Source: an uncultured Candidatus Saccharibacteria bacterium (GTDB lineage Bacteria; Patescibacteriota; Minisyncoccia; Phycocordibacterales; JAKAEA01). Taken from it: a stretch of 64,000 bases of DNA. The notes beneath the pieces were generated by a model that saw nothing but the letters and a program-made list of their open reading frames with translations, had not been told where the DNA came from and ran no database searches. Position numbers and translations under genes: made by a program. This document shows, piece after piece, positions 39,201-48,200 of this stretch; positions within the stretch are counted from its first letter, which is position 1, and each line of letters opens with the position of its first letter. The stretch spans positions 208,144 to 272,143 of the forward strand of contig CAZNZK010000001.1 in assembly GCA_964577595.1 (NCBI GenBank). The letters run 5' to 3'.

Positions 39201-42200
39201 GCCGCGTTGTTAGCAACAAGGCCACCAGCATAAGCAACACCAGCGTTTCCACCGACGCCGCCCACGCCACCAGAAGCGGCCGTACCACCTGAAAGTGCTC
39301 CGCCAGTAGCGCCGCCCGTGCCACCAACGCCAGCCGTGCCCGCAGTGCCGCTAGTTGACGTGGCATTCCCTGTTGCATACGAAGTGTTTTCAATAATACC
39401 GGCGTTGGAACCGATTAATCCTCCCGCATAACTCGTGCCACCAGTGCTGGAAGTGCCACCAGTGCCGCCCGTGCCACCCTTGTTCAAAGATCCACCAAGA
39501 CCGCCAATAACCCCAGTAACTCCATTACCCGAAGAGCCGCCCGTGGCCACAACATTCTCGGTGGAATGACTACCAATAATAGAGAGATCCGTGTTTGCAC
39601 TCGCGCTTGTTTGGCCTATTAAGCCTCCGGCATAAGCGTTGCCACCAGCACCACTCGTACCACCAGCGAGCGTCCCGCCACCGGCAAATGCACCAGCACC
39701 GGCTCCAGAATATCCAGCACTACCACCCTGGCCGCCCTGACCACCCTTTGCTGAGACAATATTAGTTGTAGAGGTTGCGGCGGAATTCTGATAATTGCCA
39801 GTTCCACTTGTGACACTGCTGTACCCTACCAAGCCACCAGCATCAGCTTCACCACCTGCACCGCCGTTGCCGCCGACGCCACCGTTACCGCCAAGGGAAC
39901 TTCCTGTGCTACTGGCTGCATTACCGCCAACGTTTCCAATACTGCCAATTCCTCCAGTTGAACTGGCAAAACCAATCGCAAATGAATTTATAAAATTATT
40001 AATGCCGGTAGTGAACCTATTATTACCGATTAAACCTCCGGCGTAAGCGTTGCCACCCACGGCAGCCGCGACCGCGGCGGGACCGCTCACTCCAGTTACT
40101 GTTGTAGTTGAAAGACCGGCACTACCTGAAGAACCGGCCGTGCCGGCATTTCCTCCTAATGCTGAAACGTTGCCGAGAGCATAATCATTTAAAAAGTTGC
40201 CTGTGCCGGCTGCAAAACTACTGAAGCCTACGAGGCCACCAGCATCGGCTTCACCACCGACCCCAGCCACGCCGCCCAAAGCACCAGTCGATCCCACGTG
40301 CCCCGTTGTGCCATAAAAACCACTACCGCCGTTGCCACCAGTGCCACCGTTGCCACCGTTGCCGCCGACAATCGAGACTGTTCCAGTCGCGTAAGAATTT
40401 ACGACCTGGATAGTAAGTGCCGCTCCAGAAATAGTTCCTACTAAGCCACCGCCAAACACAACACCACCAGCTCCGCCTATTCCACCTGGAAACCCAGCAG
40501 CCGCCGTTCCACTTGAGGTTGTTGTTCCGGAAGTACCACCAGCGCCACCGTTGCCGCCAAGACCGCCGTTGCCACCCGTCATAAAAATAGTAACTAAAGA
40601 ATATGACGACTGCTGAATGACGCCCAAATCGTTACCGATAAGCCCTCCGAATTCTAACGTCCCAGAGTTGCCACCGTTGCCACCGATGAGTCCGACACCG
40701 CCGACGCTACTGCCAGCTCCCGCGCCACCATTGCCGCCGTTGCCACCAATACCGCCAGTTTGCTCAACACCCGTGATTGTCAGAGATTGCGAATACGAAG
40801 AAGAAACTGTTGCGGAACTATAGCCTAATAGTCCGCCAACAATAGCACCGTTTGTTGCCCCTCCGACAGCAGCTGTTGTACCGCCGACACCGCCGACACC
40901 GCCACTCACAACCGCCGAGCCGCCGTTGCCGGCATTACCGGCATTACCAGTGCCGCCGGTATTAATATAAATATTTCCCGCTCCGGAAATCGGATCAACA
41001 CTCGTCCACGAAGCAACGACGTCTGCCACCGTATAGCCCGCCAATCCACCAGCATATACAATTCCGGAAGCGCCACCAGCGCCGGCGTTAGAGCCAGCCG
41101 CTCCTCTATTAGCAACTCCACTAATACCGTTTGATCCATTTTGACCGGAGCCTCCGGCAATGTTAAGAGTTGTTTCGGAATACGATCCGTTCACTACGCC
41201 AGTACTGTAACCTACGAGCCCACCGGCATATACTGACCCGCCAGCGCCACCGGCACCGCCAGCGCCGGCAAGACCGCTCAAGCCGGTACCAGTTCCAATG
41301 CCACCTGTGCCTCCCTGAACAGATGCCCCACCGGCACCACCAGTAGCAGTGACCGTTCCCGACACGGCATACGAGTTGCTAATAGTCCCCGTTATATTTT
41401 GTCCGACGAGACCGCCGGCTTGCACTGCTGTTGCTGGTGGGCCAACACCGCTGGCACCAGGACCGCCCGCTCCACCGACGCCGCCAATGCCACCAGTTTG
41501 GTTGACACCGGCAGAACCATCACCGGCATTACCACCAATGCCACCCTGGCCGCCAATGCCACCAGTGGTTGAAGCATTCGCCATCGCATACGAATTATTA
41601 ATAATCGCTCCGGCTCCGGTATTTATTCCCACCAAACCACCAATGTTGACCGCGCCACCCGTGCCACCAAGGAATCCGGCACCGCCAGCTGCTGTGGTTG
41701 AGGCGGATAAAAATGCCCCGGAAGCGCCAGCGTTGCCGCCCGCACCACCAATACCACCGCTACCAACATTCGCCGTTACCATACCGAGAATATGATAGTC
41801 ATATTGCAGAGTACCTGAATTTGATCCAATCAAACCGCCGGTATAATTAACGCCACCGTTGTTGCCAGCTACCCCGTTGCCGCCAATGCCGCCTATAAAC
41901 TGGCCGTTACCGGCACCGCCAATACCTCCGGAACCGCTGTTGCCACCATTTCCTGAAGTTCCCGTAACAGCTCCGGTAGAATATGAACTGTCAATTTCGC
42001 CGGAAGTCACGAATCCAACCAGACCTCCCACGTAGACCGTGCCACCGAGACCGCCGGCAATTCCGGTGCCACCGTTGCCACCTGGATTATTAGCCCCAAG
42101 TCCACCCTTACCACCGTTACCTCCAATGCCAGCGTTACCAGCGGAGATGGAAACGGTTCCGGTGGCATAGGCATTACTGATAAAAATATTTGTGTTGGTA

Positions 42201-45200
42201 AATCCTACCAATCCTCCACCGTAAGCAAAACCTCCTGCGCCGCCACCGGCGCCGTTGCCGCCGTTGCCGCCCGACATTGTGGTTGTGGCGGTTGTGGTAC
42301 CGTCTCCACCTAAGGCACCGAAACTTCCCGTTCCACCAACCTGCCCTATAACTAAAATATTTCCCGTGGAAGAGGCGTTGCTAATAGTATCTCCGGTACC
42401 GCCAATATATCCAAAAAGACCGCCGACATATGTATAGGAACTGGCTGCGCCACCGGCACCACCCGCGCCGCCGTTGCCGCCCAAAGCTCCAACAGTTCCG
42501 TTAATCGCTGTACCACCGGTGCCACCCGTGCCGCCCGTCGCGTAAACATTGCTCGTTGAATAAACAGCATTAAATAAAAGATCATTGGTAGTATTGTTGT
42601 AGCCGGCGATACCTCCAACGTACACCGCCCCGGTTATACCACCACCACCGCCAGTACCGCCGGTGCCATTTCTACCTCCCAACCCACCAGCCGGACCGCC
42701 CGTGCCGCCCGTTCCACCCGTGCCACCGCCCGCGCCCAAAACCGCATTGATAGTTCCATTCTGGCTATTTGATGACAAAATATCTCCGTTGTCTTGACCG
42801 GCTAAACCTCCCATATATAGAGCACCACCGGTGCCACCCGTGCCGCCGGCACCGGCCGCACCACCGCTATGACCGTTGAGTCCTAATGTTCCATCACCAC
42901 CGTTTCCTCCTTGGCCAGCAGCAGCACCGGGTGTTCCATCTGCCGTCATACTGCCAACCACTATCACTGAAGAATTTATAATGACTCCCGGATTATCACC
43001 GGTAAGTCCTCCTATATATGTAGCGCCACCAACGCCGCCGTTGCCACCAGTGTTACCAGCACCTCCTGTGCCGCCAATAGCAGCACCGGAAGCTCCAGCC
43101 TTACCACCCGTGCCGCCAGCACCGGCCGTACCGCCATTAACTGAAATAGTAGTAACGGTGTACGTAACGCCACTAATGATACCCGTATTTGAACCGGTCA
43201 CCCCACCACCATACGCCGCGCCGCCGTTGCCGCCCGCACCACCAATGCCACCGGCACCACCGATAAATCCTGAGGTGCTTGTGGCATTTCCTCCGGCGCC
43301 ACCAGTACCACCATAACCTCCGAGGCCCCCAGTTGAATAAATTCCTCCCGTATTATTTGCCGTGCCTATTGTTGATCCAGCAACGCCGTTCCAAGCAACA
43401 ACACCACCAACATAGGTGGCCCCACCGTTGCCGCCAAGACCACCAACAACAGCGGCTTCGGATACTCCGTTGATACCCGTTCCGCTCGTGCCGCCATTTC
43501 CAGCATTACCGCCATAACCGCCGGTGCCACCGGTTGATGTAGCATTCCCCATCGCATAAGAATCAACACCCACCAACCCCAAGTTGTTTGCTATCAAACC
43601 ACCCGAGTAACTCGCGCCGCCCGTGCCGCCAGCACCGCCAATGTTGCCGGCACCACCGACAACTCCACCACCGGAGGAATTACCACCATTAGCGCCGGGA
43701 GCACCAGGAGCGCCAGTGCCGCCGGTTGAGCTTGCTGTCCCTAGTGCATATGAAAAATTTTGAACAATACCGTTGGCGCTGTTTTGCCCCAGCAAACCTC
43801 CGGCGTAGGCAGGGCCGCCAGCACGAGCAGTAATCAAAGCGCCAGTATCAAGCGCGCCGTTGGCACCGCCAGCCATACCAGTTGACCCACTACCACCAAG
43901 ACCGCCGGAACCAGGCGCGCCACCAGTACCACCGAGCGCGGAAACATTTCCTGTCGCATACGAATGATCAATAACGCCCGTGCTCAGCGCTACTAAACCC
44001 CCAGCGTAAGCGGTTCCGCCAAGACCACCGATCGCGCCGCCAGTGCCACCAGTGGCTCCAACGCCACCAGCACCGCCAGTGCCACCGTTTCCAGCATTGC
44101 CCGCTACTGATGTTACCGTCGCGGCGGCATAAGAATTTGCTTGAATAAAACCAGCTACGTTATTTCCCACCCCACCACCTGCATATGAAAACGCTCCCAG
44201 GCCTCCGGTGCCACCAGTGCCGCCGGCACCACCAAGAGCCCCACTGCCACCAATACCGCCGGCACCGCCGGTAGCTCCGTTGCCACCAGAACCAGCGGTA
44301 GCGGTTACGGAACCGGCAGAGATATATGAATTGGTAATTGTTGAAGAGTTGTATCCGGCAATACCTCCGCCATAAGCCGCGGCTCCGGCACCACCCGTAC
44401 CGCCCTGCACTCCGGAAGCGCCAACTTGACTCGCGCCTCCCGTAGAACCATTACCGGCTGCTCCGGCAGCTGCTCCGGGTTGGCCAGAAACTGAAAGAGC
44501 AATAACCGTGGTTGACGCGGTTGAGCTGGCAATAATAGTGGTGTTATATCCCACCAATCCACCAGCGTAAGCAATAGCACCAGTACCACCAGTACCGCCA
44601 GTGCCACCCGCCGCGGCAGTAGCAGCAATAGTTCCGGTAGTGGTGCCGGCCCCGCCACCCGCGCCACCTAAACCAGGAATACCTGAGGTTGACGTGACAT
44701 TTCCAATAAAATTATTTCCACCCTGGACGATGCCGGCACTATCTCCAATAAGCCCGCCGGCGTAAGATACGCCGGCAGTGCCGCCCGTTCCACCACTGCC
44801 ACCGACACCGCCGATAGAGTTGGTACCGCCAGCTCCGCCACTGCCACCATTGCCAGCATTGCCACCCTGACCACCGTTCGCAATTATGGATCCAGTTGAT
44901 GAGGCTGTTGTTACTGTGCCGGCAACAAAGTTTCCGATTACTCCTCCACTGAAGGCGTTGCCACCCGTGCCGCCGCCAAGACCACCCAGCCCGGCGCCGC
45001 CGGTAGTTGACGTTGCCGTTCCACCAGCTCCGCCATTACCACCAACGCCACCCGCGCCGCCGTTCGCGGTTATGGTGCCAATTGAATATGAACTTAGAAT
45101 ATCTCCGTTATTTTGATCACCGACAACTCCGCCAACATATGCAACACCGCCAGTTAAGCCGGCGCTACCAGCAACACCGGACGTGCTCGTCGTTCCCACA

Positions 45201-48200
45201 CCACCATTTGCTCCGGCACCACCAGCTCCGGCTGTGCCTGTGAGGTTCGCCAAAAAATAACTACTCGTAATAGTTGGCCCTGAGTTGTAACCGGTAATTC
45301 CGCCAGCGTAAATAATCGCGCCGATAATCGCCGTGCCGGCAGCACCAGGCGTGCCACCAGTGCCGCCAGGCCCCGCGCCGCCGACACCGGCAGCGCCACC
45401 CGCTCCGGCTATTCCGGAAATATTTCCCGTCGTATGATAGCTGTTCGTAATAATATTGGTATTATTGCCGGATATTCCTCCTATATATAGAACGCCAGCG
45501 GCGCCGCCCGTGCCGCCACCGACGCCAGCATAGCCGAGCAAGCTCGCCGCGCCCGTTCCTCCGGTGCCACCGGTGCCACCATTAGCCGAGAGTGCATTTT
45601 GAGAAAATGAGTTTTGAATGGTTCCCGTATTGCTTCCGACAAGCGCGCCCGCGTAAGTTGCTGTTCCGTTAGCGGAACCTCCCGTGCCTGAAGTGCCACC
45701 CGTGCCGTTTGCGGCGCCGGATGTGCCTTTAGCACCGCCAATTCCGCCCGTGCCACCCATGCCACCATTGCCGCCCGTCACCGTAACAAGCCCCGCAGTG
45801 GAATCAGCCATACTAATAAGTCCCGCGTTTAATCCCACGAGACCACCGGCATATGCAGCGCCACCAACGGCACCGTTCGCCGCATTGCCGCCATTGCCGC
45901 CGCTCGCCGCCGTACCACCCTGGCCGCCCGCGCCGCCATTGCTACCATTCTTACCAGCAGATCCTGTGGCCGTTACGGCACCGCTTGCATATACAGTACT
46001 TGTTGCCCCGGTGATAATTCCATCAGCACTATTTTGCGCTACTAAGCCTCCGGCATAAGCAATAGCTCCAGCACCACCAATGGCACCGGCGCCACCGCCT
46101 AGGGCAGTCGCTGTTGATGCGGCCGCACTGGTACTGGCCATGCCACCGGCAGATGCATTACCCGCAATGCCGGCAAGTGACTGCACCGTGCCGGTAGCGT
46201 ACGAACCGGTCTCAATAGTTCCTAAATTGTTTGCCACCAAGCCACCGGCAAATGAGTTGCCACCCGCGCCGCCAACAGCACCGTTGCCGCCTGCACCGCC
46301 AGTAGCAGCCACGTTGCTGTTACCACCCTGCCCGCCCGTACCGGCAATTCCCGCCACGCCGCCAGCGCCACCATAGGCCGTAACATTTCCAGTTGCCGCG
46401 GAAGCCATAATCGTGCCAGTGTTGAGCCAGCCAATCAAGCCGCCGACATAGCTAATGCCACCAGCACCGGGAATACCAACACTGCCTCCACCACCGCCTG
46501 TTCCCGTGCCGAAGTTCATACCACCATTGCCACCGTTACCACTGGCGCCGCCCGCGCCGCCGCTACCAATAACCGCAACCGTGCTCAACGCGTTCGTGAT
46601 ACTACCTTGTGCAGACCACCCAACCAGACCTCCAATATAAACGACGCCACCAGTGGCACCGGCATTCGTTGGCGTCGTGCCTCCCACACCGCCAGTGTTA
46701 GCAAAACCAGCCGGAGTATCACCGCCGTTACTCGCGTTTCCTTCAGTACCGCCCGCGCCGCCCGCGCCAGTTACTGTTCCAGAGATATTAATATTTGAAA
46801 TTGTTCCGGCGTTATAGGCGACCAGGCCGCCGACATAAATGTTGCTACCCGCGGTACCGGCAGAGTTGTTATTACCAGGAGTGCTTGTCGCCACGGCTGC
46901 GGCATTAGCGGTACTCAAGCCCGGCGTGCCTGTCGCCGAAATAAGTAAATTTGCCAGAGTGAGATTTTGAATGTTACTGCTGTTATATCCAAAAAGACCG
47001 GCGTAGGTTATGGAGCTTGAAGCAATAAATAAGTTGCTGACCGTAAATCCATTACCATTGAAATTTCCCGTGAAGCTTGTCGTGTTATTTCCTATCGGCA
47101 CAAAACCACTGCTTGAATTCCAGGATGAAGTCACGGTCGCGTCAACACTGCTGTTAAGCTGGTAAGAACTCGTCAGGTTGGTTTTGACCCCCTGCAAGCC
47201 ATAGACGTCATAAATTATATACGGATCATTCGTTGAGCCGATACCGGTGTACCTTCTAAACGTACCGGCATTGATGGCAAAATTATTGCCGACGGAAAAA
47301 TAGTTGTTGGCAGGATTCCCGACCGTGAGAGTAGCAAAGTAGGTGCCGGAGTTTTGAATAAAATTGTTTGTAATCGCCAGGTTGGCGTTCTGGTTGATGC
47401 TTCCGGCGAAGCCGTTTATGGAGAATGAACTGATAGTTGAAGAAGCATCAATTGTCACAATGGAGGAAGCGATTCCGGAGTTTCCATCAAAAATGACCGT
47501 AGTTGTGGTACCAGGCGCATTCACGGTGCTGGTGAAAGTGGCACCGGAGGAAGTCGCCCAGTGAGTGCCACCGACATCCGACCAAAGCCCCGTGCCATTA
47601 ACCCAATAAGCAGTAGCCGGAGGAGTCACCGGGTCAACGATGTAGTCAATGTCTATGTTTCCGGAAATTCGCAAATCAAAAAGGTCGGTCGGTGTTTGCA
47701 AGTCGGGCATCAGAATCCGATACTTTCCTTCCTGATTAATTTGAAATGTTGCGTGGAGCGCGTCGCCTTCCGTAGTACTTCCTTCGGCGTCAGTATATAC
47801 CGGGTACACGGTTATTGAACCCGTCTGGCTCGCATCGTCCGCTTTGGCATAGAGTGTGACGTCGTTTGTGTTGTTCAAAATTTGATCAAACGTGACCCGG
47901 ACAGATTGGCCGGAAGCGATGGTAGCGTAGTTTCCATCTTGCGCCTGCACGAGGCTATAAATATCACCGATCGGGTTAAGATTCGCGTCCAACTGCAAGG
48001 CTTTGGAAATGTAAATAATTTGAAATGTTTGAGTTGAAAGGTGCGGCACAATCCACTGAAGGTGATCAATGTACCCATTGCCATCTTCATCAAGCGCGGT
48101 AAATTGCATTGGTTGACCGCCATTGTTCGCCCAATTTATTTTAATTTGATTTTCTTGACCCACTTTAAAGAGTTCTGGAATAGTAATGGTGACCGGTACG

